A DNA stretch of 44,048 nt, from assembly GCF_004010195.1 (NCBI RefSeq), contig NC_057751.1:14457784-14501831 (forward strand), read 5' to 3'. Below are positions 1-12,380 of the stretch, in pieces. The position numbers and the translations under genes were made by a program. Under the pieces are notes generated by a model that saw only the letters and a program-made list of their open reading frames with translations, ran no database searches and was not told the origin of the DNA. The DNA comes from Chiloscyllium plagiosum (taxonomy: Eukaryota). Numbering within the stretch: position 1 is the stretch's first letter; every line of letters begins with the position of its first letter.

Positions 1-184
1 AAAGCACAAATTCTGTCCTCTTTGGACAAAGAGCAGACTCTTTGCAAACTGACACTCCAGAATACGCCCTCGGCAAACAGGTGTAGTCAACTCTTCACAT
101 TTTCAGCACCCGAACGTGTGAGAGTGTGTGAAGTCCTCTTGTGTTCTGACATTATTGGGGTCCTGGGTCAGCCCCTGACACTAT

Positions 185-363
185 TTGGCAAAAGTGAGGA
201 CTGCAGATGCTGGAAACCAGAGTTTAGATCAGATTGGTGCTGGAAAAGCACAGCAGATCAGGCAGCATCCGAGGAGCAGGAAAATCGATGTTTCGGGCAA
301 AAGCCCTATTCCTGATGATGCTGCCTGACCTGCTGTGCTTTTCCAGCACCACTCTGACCGAAA
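185..363. mobile_element. Fold-back Penelope-like 3' end insertion (family A) with 12-bp TSD
   Basis: Inverted arms tggtgctggaaaagcacagcagatcaggcagcatc / gatgctgcctgacctgctgtgcttttccagcacca, the same sequence as the end of the PLE at 18333-21011. ccctgacactat occurs at 173-184 and 364-375. Confidence 0.8.
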
Positions 364-1000
364 CCCTGACACTATGTACTGACCCTCAACTGTTGGCAAG
401 TCCCAGTGATTGAAAACATGCAAGATTACACTTGATAGCGATTGCTCTTCATTGACGTTTTTAAAAAGGTTCATTTTACTGGGTTACACACTGTGTTAGA
501 TCACTTCATTCTGCGTTGGGCAAGCTGAGTCCTTTTAGCTGTATCGTTAAGATAATTAGTGTGGTTTACGGTGCTTGTGAGCAGAAAAACCATTCTATTT
601 ATGAGAAAAGGAAGGAGAGAGAAAAACAGACCTTGGGCAAGAATAAATTCAGTGACGTGTGGAAAGGTGTCCACAAGGTGGAGGGGTCTGATTACTGTCC
701 CTCATCGGTTATCAGGGAACAATCCTACCCCAGAGACAGTCTTGTCACCAGCCCGATCTGTTGGAACCTCCCAGGGCAGCAGATGGTGCTGTACTAGGGA
801 GCTGAGAGACCGGCTTCCTGTTTAAGAAGCTGAGTTGTTGATATAGTGTCCAGTTTGGGTCGTGCTGAGCACTGTAATAGTTTGCAGACTCAACGCAGCC
901 GAAAGACAAAGAAAGGATCGCGCTGCAGAGCAGAGCTCCGGGAGCAGCAGCGATGGGACATGAAGAAGGAATCCTCTGGTTTTAGATCCAGCCATCCACA

Positions 1001-1016
1001 ATGAACAAACAAAAAG
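1001..1016 (+). CDS. AFAP1L2-like: AFAP1-family (AFAP1L2/XB130-like) coding exon 1: MNKQK + phase-1 G
   Basis: ccacaATGAACAAACAAAAAG|gtaaaa: A at -3 and an AAG|GTA donor. It splices in frame to exon 2, giving MNKQKDLDQLFSEL, which parallels MERYKALEQLLTEL of human AFAP1L2 (recalled). Confidence 0.75.
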
Positions 1017-1457
1017 GTAAAACCGACTTTCCTGCCTCGATCTTTCAACTGTCACAGAATGTTGAGATTTAATTCGGCCAAAACTTCTCGTCTGAAACAG
1101 TAATTAGAAATATGGGCTGCTGAGTGCCTTTACAGTATTCGGTTCCAACAACTTACAGTAAATCCAGACTGATTTGGAAGCGCAGACCAAACCCGCAATG
1201 TTTTGACACCCGAACTGCTGTGGAGATTCATCTCTTCAGGCTGACAGGAGTATGCTTTGTTCACACTACAAATGTTATTTCCAATGCAAAGAAATCTTGG
1301 AATGTAATGCATGTTGGTGGCGTAATGTTTGTTTGTAGTGTAATGTGTTGCACTGTTTCTGAGACCTGTGTTACAAGGGCATGTTAAATCGGAGCAGGAT
1401 TTGACCATTTGGCTCCGTGAGCCTGCACTGTCAGTCAACAAGTCATGATTTTTCGCT

Positions 1458-1948
1458 GAAAGGGTTCAGAAAAGATTGACAAGGATGTTACCAGGGCTGG
1501 AGGATTGGAGCTATAGGGAGGGATTGAATAGACTGGGGCTGTTTTCCCTGGAGCGTCGGAGGCTGAGGGGTGACCTTACGGAGGTTCATAAAATCATGAG
1601 GGGCATGGATAGGATAAATAGACAAAGTAATTTCCCTGGGGCGGGGGAGTCCAGAACTAGAGGGGCATAGGTTTAGGGTGAGAGGGGAAAGATATAAAAG
1701 AGACCTAAGGGGCAACTTTTTCACGCAGAGGGTGGTACGTGTATGGAATGAGCTGCCAGAGGAAGTGGTGGAGGCTGGTACAATTGCAACATTTAAGAGG
1801 CATTTGGATGGGTATATGAATAGGAAGGGTTTGGAGGGATATGGGCCGGGTGCTGGCAGGTGGGACTAGATTGGGTTGGGATATCTGGTCAGCATGGACA
1901 GGTTGGACCGAAGGGTCTGTTTCTGTGCTGTACATCTCTATGACTCTG
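1458..1948 (+). mobile_element. CR1 (HER1-type) LINE, 5'-truncated 3' end
   Basis: ORF2 C-terminus RLGLFSLERRRLRGDLTEVHKIMRG...NFFTQRVVRVWNELP followed by the 3' UTR ggaccgaagggtctgtttc...ctctatgactct. Confidence 0.95.
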
Positions 1949-2421
1949 CTTTCTTGCCTAAACCTCAGATTGCTTTGAAGTCTTGAATATACTCAATGAC
2001 TGAGCATCCAAAGGTCGTTGTGGGGTGGGGCATAAAGAAATCCTGGGATTCCTAATTCTGAATTAAGGCACTTCTACTCATTTCAGTCCCGAACTGTTGA
2101 TCCTACCTTCTGAGATGGTGTCTCCGAGTTTGAGATTCTCCAAGCAAAGGACGCACACGCTCAAAGATATGGCCTGTGAAATCATTGAGAAATGTTTCAC
2201 TTTTCAATTCGATCAATTCTCATTCTCTGTACATGTAGACCCAATTCCCCTTCAGAGGAAAACTCCAAACTGGAGAACCTCCACTGAGGCAGGAATATCC
2301 TTCCTTGGGTAAGGAATCCAAAGCTGTTCACGATGTTTTCAGTGTAGGTTCCCTCACAAATCCCCATCTCATTGCAGCAAGATCTTCTTACTCATATTCC
2401 AGTCTCCACGCAATAAAGGGG

Positions 2422-2735
2422 AAGCTCAGTGGTTAGCACTGCTGCCTCACAGCACCAGGGACCCAGGTTCGATCCCACCCTGGGGAGACGGTTTGCACGT
2501 TCTCCCCACTTCTGCATGGGTTCGTCCGGGTACTCCGGTTTCTTTCCACAGACCAAAGGGGTGCAGGTTGACCACGCTAAGTTGCCCATAATGTCCAGGG
2601 ATATGCAGACTAGGTGGACTAGCCAATGGGAAATGCAGGGATGGGGGTAGTGGATCTGGGTGGGATGATCTATGGAGAGTATGTGTGGACTCAATAGGCC
2701 AAATGGCCTGCTTCCGTTGTGTCGAGATTCTGTAA
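2422..2735 (+). mobile_element. HE1-type tRNA-derived SINE
   Basis: A-box-like gctcagtggttagc, B-box ggttcgatccc, central ctccggtttctttccacag, CR1-like tail ggccaaatggcctgcttcc. Confidence 0.85.
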
Positions 2736-3149
2736 AATCTAATACATCATCTACCTTCTTAACTGCATGCTGTATCCATATGTGAACATTATGTGATCCA
2801 ACTATGTCCAGATCCTCTGAATATCCACATTTCCCAATCTCTCGCCTTTTGGAGAAACATTCAGCTTTGTCTCTTCTTCCAACCAATTCTGCATTTCCTC
2901 AAATTATGCAGCACGTGCCATTTCATTTTCCAATCACTTTACATACCCCTCACAGCTTACATTCCCATTTCGTATCGTCCATAAGCTTGGATGTTTCACA
3001 TCAGTCCCCTGCTCCATGAGATATCCCAGTTGTTACAGTCCACCCTGGTCTTTTGTAACAACATCCTTATAACACCTCATTCAATGGCTTTGGAAACTCC
3101 AAATATACATAGATTCTTCTTTATCGACCCTCAAAAGTTACAACTTTCA

Positions 3150-3610
3150 AAAACGGGAGATTTTTGAACACCATGGGAGATCATTCAGCCCATCGTGTTG
3201 GCATCAGGTCTCTGAGTTCGCACTTCACTGATTGCTGTTCTCCTGCTTTCTCCCTGTAACACGATTCCTTTTCAAATCACAGTCTAACTCCCTTCTGAAT
3301 GCACTTATTGATCCTCCAATCGAGGCCATAGCCACGCCCGGTGTGAAAAAGATTTTTCCCACCTCACATTCGCTTCTTTTGCCAGTTACTGTGCTCTCTC
3401 ATTTGCAACCCTTTCACGAGTGGGAACAGTTTCTCCCCATTTACTCCATCCAGACCTTCACCATGTTAAAATCAGAACTCTCAGCCTTCTCTCCTTGAAA
3501 GAAAACAACACTAATCTCTCCAACCTATCATCATAACCGAAGTCCTCAATCCCTGGAATCTTTCTTCTGGATCTCTTGTGTACCCTCTCTCAAATGCCTT
3601 TGTATCCTTT
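3150..3610 (-). mobile_element. Old decayed CR1 3' fragment
   Basis: Reverse-complement CR1 motifs (cattcagcccatc, gtgaaaaagattttt, gtaccctctctcaaatgcc); heavily mutated. Confidence 0.55.
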
Positions 3611-4063
3611 CCAAAAAAAAATCAAGAGATTTGTTGCAAATAATAAATCTCTCATTTAAGTATTCACTTGAGGCCACTTCCATTTTTCCAAACTCCTTTA
3701 GCTACACAGCCCCTTATATTTAGACTTTACTGTTTAAAACTCATTCGGATTTAAACACTTCACTCATAAACTCAGCGTGAATTCCTTTTGTATTATGATC
3801 ACTCTTCCCAGAGATAGCTTACTGGAAGATTACAAATTAACCCTGTATTAAGGCAGAGAATTAAAGCAAAGCAACTTGTTCTCATTGGTCTTTTGAAATA
3901 TCATTCTTGTCAACCATCTTCAAAGTATTCTGTGAACTGGCCTCCAAACTGCTTTTCCTGATTGAGCTTTCCCAGTCTATATAAAGATTAATCTTGCCCA
4001 CAATTATTTCACTTCAAGCTTAACTCATTCTCTAAGATATTGCAGGATGATTAATGGATTTAT

Positions 4064-4282
4064 TGTGTGTGTGTCTGTGTGTGTGTAAGAGAGAGTGTGT
4101 GTGCGTGAGAGAGAGAGAAAGCGAGGGAGAGAGTGTGTGCATGCATGTGTCTGTGTGTGAGTGTGAGGTGCGTGCTTGTGTGTGTCTATATCTGTGTGTG
4201 TGTTAGTATGTGTGTACATGTCTGCGTGTGTGTGTCTGTGTTTGTGTGTACGCGTGTGTGTTTGCGTGTGTGTCTGTGTGTG
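4064..4282. repeat. Imperfect (GT)n/(GA)n simple repeat
   Basis: Visible dinucleotide runs. Confidence 0.95.
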
Positions 4283-4559
4283 CTCGGCAATGGTGACTGA
4301 GGTACTTTGTGATAAGACAGTGTTTGTTCCATGATTTGCTCATTCCAAGCTCTGTCAGATGGAAGCATTCGCTCATGGTTCAGCTGTGATATTCTTTTCT
4401 TTCATTTGAGCTGAATAAATATCCTTAACCAATAAAATTGCTCCTCATCTGAGCCATTCAAGACCCCTGCTCTCAGAAACAGAGGAATAAAGATCAAAGT
4501 TATGACAAACCTTTGACACTGGTTCAGCCTCAAAGGGAGTATTGTGCCCAGTTGGGGGG

Positions 4560-5020
4560 ACTACACCTTCAGAAGGATGTGAAGATAATATAGAAGAGAC
4601 AGCAAAGATCCATATGAGTGGTTCCAAGGGTGGTTATGTGGAACGATAGGTGGCACTGGGTCCGTTCACCATCAACAGGAGATTTAATTGAGACGTTCAC
4701 TGTATTGCGGGGTGTGGCAAGAGTGGATGGAGAGACCGATCCCATTGGCGGAAGGGCCAAGAACCAAGACTGGCTCAAGGTGACAAGGAAAAACTAATTT
4801 CACAAAGTCAGTGGTCAGGATCTGGAATGCATTCTCTTAGAGAGTGGTGGAGGCAGGTTCACTGAGGCTTTCAAAACGGAATTGGATCATTACCTGAAGA
4901 GAAAGAATTCCCAGTTTCCTGAAGAGAAGGTCAGTGAGTGGGACTGGCTGAGATAATTTTACAGGGTTCCTGCATGGACACAATAGGCTCAATGACATCT
5001 TCCTGTGCTCGAGCCATGGC
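4560..5020 (+). mobile_element. Old CR1 3' fragment
   Basis: ggagatttaattgagacgttc...gtggtcaggatctggaatgca...gtggtggaggcaggttca: decayed GDLIE.F...VVRIWNAL-type motifs. Confidence 0.65.
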
Positions 5021-5807
5021 ACAAAGCTGTTCCGTGACTTTCTTTTGACGATGAGTTTGTGGCTCAATGAAATCTTTGCGCTCTACAAGTGACAGACCGC
5101 CTTTGTATTTGCAGTCTGACCTCTCGACCTAAACAGTATATTACCAAGAGTAATGGGAGGCGACTGACAGGCATGGTGCCAGGGCACCTGCTGCAGGTGG
5201 AAGGTTGGCAAATATTGGAATGAGATTCGCTAAATTGATTTCCTGTATCCCTGCCTGCTGGAACGAAACACACATCATTTCTGCCACACAACAATTTGCT
5301 GATTGCCAAGTTGGTCAAACTGGGCAAGCCATCAACGGCTGTGTGAGACAAGAAACGAGCACAGGACCCTGAGCAGCATCAGTCCCGTTACTGATGGGTG
5401 TGTGTTATCTGAACACTAAAGGTTATCTCTAAGTGCTCTTGGGTTCTCCAAAATGAGTCGATAGTTCCTCAAATATTATGCAGACAAGAAGACTCATATC
5501 CCAGGATTGGAAGAGTTCAATATTTGGCTTTGATTGTTCTTTGGGGGCTGGGAATTCGTAAGAAAGCCAATGCTTGAAATCCTCTGGCAGTATGGAGGGG
5601 GTATGGAGTTAACTCTTCAGAACAGAGAAACAGGTTTGAAGCGAGCAGTGGGGTCAGGGAAGTGGGGAGGAGAGGAAATGAAACAAGGGAAGGTCTACAA
5701 TGGGATGGAAGACAGGGGAGGTGAACCTACGTTTTCCCATGCCCTTACCGTTCCCTTTCTATCCTGGACCTATATCCTCATCATAAAATGCAGTTGTAGA
5801 GCATGAT

Positions 5808-5930
5808 TTGGAGATGCCGGTGCTGGACTGGGGTGTACAAAGTTAAAAATCACACAGCACCAGGTTATAGTCCAACAGGTTTAGTTGGAAGCACACTAGC
5901 TTTCGGAGCACTGCTCTTTCATCAGCTAGT
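5808..5930 (-). mobile_element. Penelope-like 3' end (family B) with hammerhead motif
   Basis: Minus strand CTGATGA-AAGAGC-AGT-GCTCC-GAAA-GCTA, then cctgttggactataacctgg; a homologous copy lies at 9175-9257. Confidence 0.7.
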
Positions 5931-5949
5931 TGTCACAAACACACAGACA

Positions 5950-6690
5950 ACCTTACCACTGCCCTTTGATATTCAATGGTGTTACCATTGCTGAATCCTC
6001 CACCATCAACCTCCGGGGGGATTACCATTGACCAGAAACTCAACTGGACTCACCGCATGAACATAATGTCTGCAAGAGCAGGTCAGAGGCTCGGGAATGC
6101 TGCAGCAAGTAACCCATCTCCTGACTCCCCAGAGCATGTCCACCATCTGCACAGTACATATCAGGAGTGTGATGGAATACTCCCCACTTGCCCTGGATGG
6201 GGGGGAGGGGGGGGGGGCAGCTTCGACAACACTCGAGAAGCTTGACACCATCCAGGGACAAAGCAGCCCCCGCTTGATTGTCCCCACACCCACAAACCCC
6301 CACTCCCTCCACCATGACGCTCAGTAGCAGCAGTGGGCACCCTCGACAAGATGCAGTGCAGCAACTCCCCAAGGCTCCTCAGACAGCACCTTCCAAACCC
6401 CAGAACCACTATCACCGAGAAGGACAAGGGGAGCAGATACACGGGAATCAAGCCCTCCAAGTTCCCTTCCAAACACCACACCACCTGAGTTGAAAATACA
6501 TCACCGTTCTTTCACTGGGTCAAAATCCTGGGATTCCCTCCCTAATAGCGCCGTGGGTCAACTTACAGCACATGGATTGCAGCAGTTCAAGAAGGCGGTT
6601 CACCACCATCTTCTCAAGGGCAATTAGGGGCGGGCCAATAAATGCTGGGCCCAGCCAGTGACCCCGCCATTCCTAGACTGAATCAAGAAA
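5950..6690 (+). mobile_element. CR1-group LINE 3' region (second family)
   Basis: GITIDQKLNWT and LLTPQSMSTIC..IRSVMEYSPLA...TTLEKLDTIQ (RT C-terminal region), with tail gggcaattaggg..ggccaataaatgctgg. Confidence 0.8.
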
Positions 6691-7086
6691 AGTCCTTTGT
6701 TTCTGATTGTGTACATTGCAGTATTCCAGCCACATTTGAGTTCAACAACTGCAGACGACAATCTCAACTTCCCCCTTCCCCATTTTGTTTCCTTTCCTTT
6801 GCAGATCTCTGTGCTCCCATTTTGCTCATGGTTATGTTGCTTGGATATATCCATCACCCTACCCTTGCCACCTGCTGTAGGCCACGTCTTGACCTTTCTC
6901 TTCCTTGCCTCATCGCCAATTCCTTTGGGCCTCCACAACCAACTCTCTTGTCATTTAATCCCTCCTGTCTTCCAACTTACACTTGTTCCATCCTTTCTTG
7001 TTCTCTTTCCCACCTTCCTCCATTTCAACCGTTCGCTCTTCAGATGAAAGGTCAGCAACCTTTCATGTCAAGTCTATCTCCACCTC

Positions 7087-7412
7087 GGGGCGGCACGGTG
7101 GCTCAGTGGTTAGCGCTGCTGCCTCACGGCGCCAGGGACTCGGGTTCGATCCCAGTCTTGGGCGACGGTCTGTGTGGTGTCTCCACATTCTTCCCCATAC
7201 CTGAGCGAGTTTACTCCAGTTTCCTCCCACAATCCAAAGATGTGCACCCCAGGTGAATTGGCGACGCTAAATTGTCCATAGAGTTAGGTGCATTAGTCAG
7301 GGGTAAAGATAGGGCAGGGGAATGGGTCTGGGTGGGTTACTCTTTGGAGGGTCAGTGTTGACTTGTTGGGCCAAAGGGCCTGTTTCCATACTGTAGAGAA
7401 TCTTATCTAATC
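7087..7412 (+). mobile_element. HE1-type SINE, full length
   Basis: ggcacggtggctcagtggttagc (A box), gggttcgatccc (B box), tail gttgggccaaagggcctgtttccatactgtag. Confidence 0.95.
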
Positions 7413-8869
7413 AGACAGGTTTAGATCTGGGCGGCTTTCTGTTTCTCAGGCTTGGATCGAGTTTTTGTCTTGCCTTGATCGCTTCAACTCTCTTTGTCTT
7501 CAAGAGCATAGGGAAACCTCAACTCGAGCTAATCAGAATTGGCAGGCAACCATGGACCGAGTAGGCCAGTTTAGCTGAGGATTCAGGAGGGCCCCTGGCA
7601 TCAAGTTTCATTTGGGAGGTGAGGGAGCAGAACCAGGAAGAGAAAGAGAGGGAAAACAAATCAAAAGGGGTCTCAAAACTGGGGTCTGCAATAAATCATC
7701 CTTCTCTCTGATGCCCGGTACAACGCCCCATTCAATGTCACGTCAGAAAAGATCTCAATCTTGGAATGCACATCATAATTGTGCAGCAATCGGAAACGTT
7801 CTCCACTCTCCCATTCCCCAGAGAGAACAGCTCAGCCTGTTGTTTATTGATGGGGTAAGCAGGGCTCTGACTGATTGCGATCTCTTGAATGGCGAGTTAC
7901 GGCCCAGAGCTGAAGTCTGAGAATAATGCGTTCCTTTAAGCACTGTGATGACCCCAAGCAATTCACAATGGGGTTTTTTTTTAAAAAACAAGTCCCTCCA
8001 ACCCTTCTGTCTCCTCTGTTGAGAAGCTGTGGCTTCATTGATGGGTTATTTGTACTGACCGCGAGCAGGAAAGAGAGGCTGGACATTGAGGGCCCCTAAA
8101 GCTATGGCTGACATTGCAAAGCACCCCTTTGAGGCAATGACTCTCACATGACTGGCCCTGAGATCACTGGCAATTTATCAATGCGATGGCTCAGGACGAT
8201 ACTATCTCTACAACACCCACTACATAACACTCTCGTCTGCTGTAAAGGTAAGGGTATGTCTTTTAGGATCTTATAAGTTTTAAATATCATGAGGGCAGTT
8301 AGAGTTTAATTGCCCTAGAGCCAGCAGATCAGAAACCAGGAGTAAAAGTATGGCTTTCTCTTTTTGAACTGGCTGATCGGGTCAGTTTGACATCGCAGAT
8401 CGGTGCAAGTTGGTGCAATTCCGCCAATTGCTTTGTCGTAAGGAAGAAATTGGCACGTGGCACTTGTTACATGAGGCAGCAGGATATAAAGTCTGTGTCA
8501 GGGCATGTGTCAAAGTTGTGCAAACCACTGGGTACTGTGTGATTGGACCACATATCAAGTCTTACATTCGCGTTTGTGCCAAATGTCTTCAAATATCTCG
8601 ACTGAAGATTTTAGGAGTAAAATAGCACATCTGCAGTGAATCATCTGAAACTGCCTCTGTGTTGGCATAATCTGGCTGCCCCCACACTTTACCACTGACT
8701 GATCGAGTCCCCCTTTACTTGCGGTGCCACTATCTCGACTCTAAATGTTGCACATCCTCCTTCTGTGCTATAGCCGTTCACCTCCGCTCAAACTGCTCTG
8801 TGTGAACCCAATTCGGGCAACCCTTATCCACTGTCTGAGAGACTTGTACCCCAACATTGAGACACAAGG

Positions 8870-9390
8870 GTGGAGAGTTGGAAGTTTTTTTCTACTGGAG
8901 CATAGGAGGTTGAAAGGCAATATGATAGATGTTTAAAAAATTATGAGAGGTATTGAGACAGTTCACAGCAGTTTCCTTTCCCCTTGGATGAGGGATTTTA
9001 AGACTCGGGGGTGCATTTTTCGTGCAAGATGAGAAAGATTTTACAAAGTCATGAGGGGCAATTTTTTTTTGCACAGAGGGTTCCCGTGTGGAATGAATTA
9101 TCCTGAGCAACTGGTGGATGTCAGTATAATTACAATATTTAAGAGCCCATGATGGTAGCCGTGATGTGGTGGTGCCTGATGAAGAGGCAACGCTCCGAAA
9201 ACTAGTGATTCCAAATAAATCTGTTGGACTATAACCTGCTGTTGTGTGATTTTTAACATTTAAAAGGCATTTGGATGGGTCCCATGAAGAGGAAAGGTTT
9301 CGCGGGAGCAGGCAGGTGGGACTAGTTTAGTTTGGGATTATGTTCAGCACGGACTGGCTGGGCCGAAGGGTCTGTTATCTGACTCTGTAA
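8870..9390 (+). mobile_element. CR1 3' end interrupted by a PLE end at ~9150-9257
   Basis: LEHRRLKGNMIDV motif and CR1 3' UTR. The CR1 sequence breaks at atatttaag (~9140) and resumes at acatttaaaaggc (~9257). Confidence 0.85.
9150..9257 (+). mobile_element. Penelope-like 3' end (family B) with hammerhead motif
   Basis: cCTGATGAagaggcaacgctccGAAAactag...tgttggactataacctg. Confidence 0.7.
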
Positions 9391-10124
9391 AGCAGGTGTA
9401 GGACTGGAAATGTTGGAGTCAGTTCTTTATCAGCCAAATTTCCATCCCTGGTCATCCGAGAAACTCAACTGGAACAGGATTGGGCCCTTCTAGCTGACCC
9501 TACATTGGGGAAGATCATGACTGACCTTGTTTTCGTCTCATCCATTTGTTTTCGCTCCCCCGCATTCCCATAACCCTTGACTCCCTTCTCGATCAAAAAT
9601 CTATCTCACTCAGCCTTTCCGAATCCAACAGCACAGCCTCTTGGACCTGACAAACGCACATTGTAAATGCTGCTGTCACTCTCCATTTAAGGTCAAGACT
9701 GGCTCAGATGCTTTGAAAATTTGTTTATGTGTGACTCTTAATTCCTCAACTGTGCTGTCATTCCTGACTCCCGGAGCCAAGAAGTTTGAATGCCAAGTCA
9801 AGAACCCACAGAGTAAAACCAAACCAAATGTGTTTTCCGCATGCATACACTGAAATATAGTTTCGGGGGGTTTTCAGTGTCTATTCTCATTTGATCTTTT
9901 CCCATGAGATAATACACTCATGAATCACAGATCCAGTTTGATAAGATTGCTGTCACCATCTGAGCTTTTTGAACAGTCCAACCCTTTCCCAATTACCCAG
10001 CTTCCTGCAGCATATTTGATAAATGACGAGATACCAGGAAGAACGGCATATAATCTGGAATTCAGAAACTAAACGTTGTTCAGAAGCAGCAGTGAGCAGG
10101 GTCAAGTTCTGGATACAGCTCTGA

Positions 10125-10205
10125 ATCTGATGAAGGGCTTTTGCCTGAAACATCAATGTTCCTGCTCCTCGGATGCTGCCGCGCTTTTCCAGCGCCACTC
10201 TGATC
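10125..10205 (+). mobile_element. Penelope-like 3' end (family A) with hammerhead motif
   Basis: CTGATGAagggcttttgcctGAAAcatc, then cctgctcctcggatgctgcc. Confidence 0.8.
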
Positions 10206-10214
10206 TTGCCTCTG

Positions 10215-10410
10215 AATCACAAGCGCAGTGCAGTGCTGAGGGAGTGCTGCACTGTCAGCGGTACTGTCTTTCAGAAGAGATATTAAACTGAGACCCTGTC
10301 TGCCCTGACAACGCTCTCCGAGGTGGTGACTGGCAAAGATCCAATGGCAGTATTCAGAAAGTCATGCTCTTCCCTCCAGTATCCTGACTAATATTTATCC
10401 CTCAACGCAG
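10215..10410 (+). mobile_element. Deu-domain SINE (SacSINE1/AmnSINE1 superfamily) fragment
   Basis: ctgagggagtgctgcactgtc..ctgtctttcag..gagatattaaactgag..aaagatcc..tggca..tcctgactaatatttatccctcaac matches the Deu core as recalled. Confidence 0.75.
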
Positions 10411-11898
10411 AGCACAGAAACACTTTGAAACACTGATGTCCCTCAGTTTAGACAGGGATAATGGCATTGAAGTAATTCCCATATGCAGGCAAGGGCTGTG
10501 TCTGGGTGCTGGCACCAGCACTGCATTCCCTGAGGCAGGTTTTCCCAAGTCCTGCATTGCTGGGGTGGGATCTAATCCCGCTGTTAAATGTTTCCAGGAA
10601 CCAAGTGCTCGCTTTCCAACGTTCACTGGGCAAAGAAAGTTCACATCTGGAGTCTGTCGTCCAGGAAGATCACTCTTTGTAGTTAAACTGAAGCTCCAAT
10701 TACTGTTAAGTAATCTTTGCAACAAATGATGAATATTTGTTGGCTTTCTGCAAATCCCAAAGATTCCCCCTTGGCCCTCCCTTTCAGCCCTTTGGAGGCG
10801 AGTGAGAGGAAGCTGTTTGCACGTTCCAGTCACTGAGGATAGCTGAAAATCTACAGAGCTGACAGACATTTTGTGACCCTTGACACGGCTAGTTCTCCGG
10901 TTCGGGAACTGCAGCCTATCGTCTGAGCTGGTTGCTGATACAGATTAAGACGTTTCGGCTGCGTTGCCGGTCTCCCAGTGCGACAGAAGGGCAAGTGTAC
11001 CCAGTCATGCTGAGGCCAGGAAACACAGGAACTTCTCTGGAGCACTCAAACTAATGTCATTCATCAGAACTGTTCAATAAATGTAAAGGATCTGACTGCC
11101 AGACTCAATTAACCAAAGTTCCCTGAGTGTCATTAACAGCGAATATAAAATGAGTGATGAGATCTGATTTATATCCAGCTCATCCAGTGATAACTCTCCA
11201 GCGATAAATGATTTTTTTACAAGTGGGAGGATGGGCTGATTCAAGAATTGCTTACTCCCAGGAACTCCTTAAGAATGATGCCAGACTTTAAACCCCCATC
11301 TGTTCCTACTGTAATCCCCAAAGTTCATATCAAACTTGACATTCATGTTGGATGTGTCTGCACTGACTCAGCCACATGGACGATGGAGCAGCACACATGC
11401 TCCTGACTTTTGATTCACAAAGCCAAAACAGTTTGCAAATTCTGTTAAAAATGCGTCAGCGAGTAACCTACTTTTGGACTGAGATAAAAGTCTGCACTGG
11501 AAACATCCCACAATTTTGGTCAAAATTACCCAACAGCTCTGCGGGGCTGCTGACTGACAGTTCTTGGCCCAGCGTTGTCTGATTTAAAATCCTTATCTTT
11601 GCCTTCCAAGACCCTCCATCGCATTGCCGCATCTCAAATTCTAGTTTCTTGTGCATTTTAATTTATATTCGCTCCGTCAATTATTAAACTCGATCTCAAG
11701 CTCTGGAATTCACTCCCTAAAGCTCTCCACCTTTCCAAATTCTCTCCCGGGGGATTTGAGAGCAGTGTACAAGATTATGACAGGCTTGAGTCAGGGAGAC
11801 AAGGAAAGCTCTTTCCATTCGCCAATTGTACTTGGGGGAATGCAGAGTTTTGGGCAGGAGATGTGGATAGATTATGAAGGACATTTTATGCAGCGAGT

Positions 11899-12380
11899 GA
11901 TGTTGTCAAACTTGAAAGGGTTCAGAAAAGATTTATGAAGAGATTACCAGGTTTGAGCGATAGGGAGAGGCCGAACAGGCTGGGCCTGTTTTCCCTGGAG
12001 CGTCGGAGGCTGAGGTTTATAGAGGTTTATAAAATCATGAGGGGCATGGATAGGGTGCATAACAAAGGTCTTTTCCCTCAGGTGGGGAGTCCAGAACTTG
12101 ATGGCATAGGTTTAAGGTGAGAGGGGAAGGATTTAATCGGAACCTGAGGGGAAACGTTTTCACACAGAGGGTGGTACGTGTATGGAATGAGCTGCCAGAG
12201 GAAGTGGTGGAGGCTGGTACAATTGCAACATTTAAAAGGCATCTGGATGGGTATATGAATAGGAAGGGTTTGGAGGGATATGGGCCGGGTGCTGGCAAAT
12301 GGATCGAGGTTAATTTAAAATTGGGCATGGATGAATTGGACCAAAGGGTGTGTTTCCATGCTGTACATCTCTCTGACTCC
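11899..12380 (+). mobile_element. Young CR1 3' end nested in an older CR1 (~11750-11900, ~12390-12580)
   Basis: RLGLFSLERRRLR..IEVYKIMRG and VFTQRVVRVWNELPEEVVEAG. The flanks carry decayed GDLRAVYKIM and CR1 3' UTR motifs. Confidence 0.9.

Noticed and set aside
7087..7160. tRNA gene (A/B boxes)
   Set aside because: It is the head of an HE1 SINE, continuing into the SINE body and tail; the same holds for the other copies.
6642..7256. 204-aa ORF
   Set aside because: Runs through a LINE tail, pyrimidine-rich DNA and a SINE; chance open frame.
8420..8495. Internal promoter (CCAAT, CACGTG, TATAAA in order)
   Set aside because: Short motifs expected by chance; no downstream exon could be supported.
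10402..10869. Overlapping ORFs on both strands
   Set aside because: No homology recognised; the apparent acceptor at ~10410 is part of the Deu-SINE sequence.
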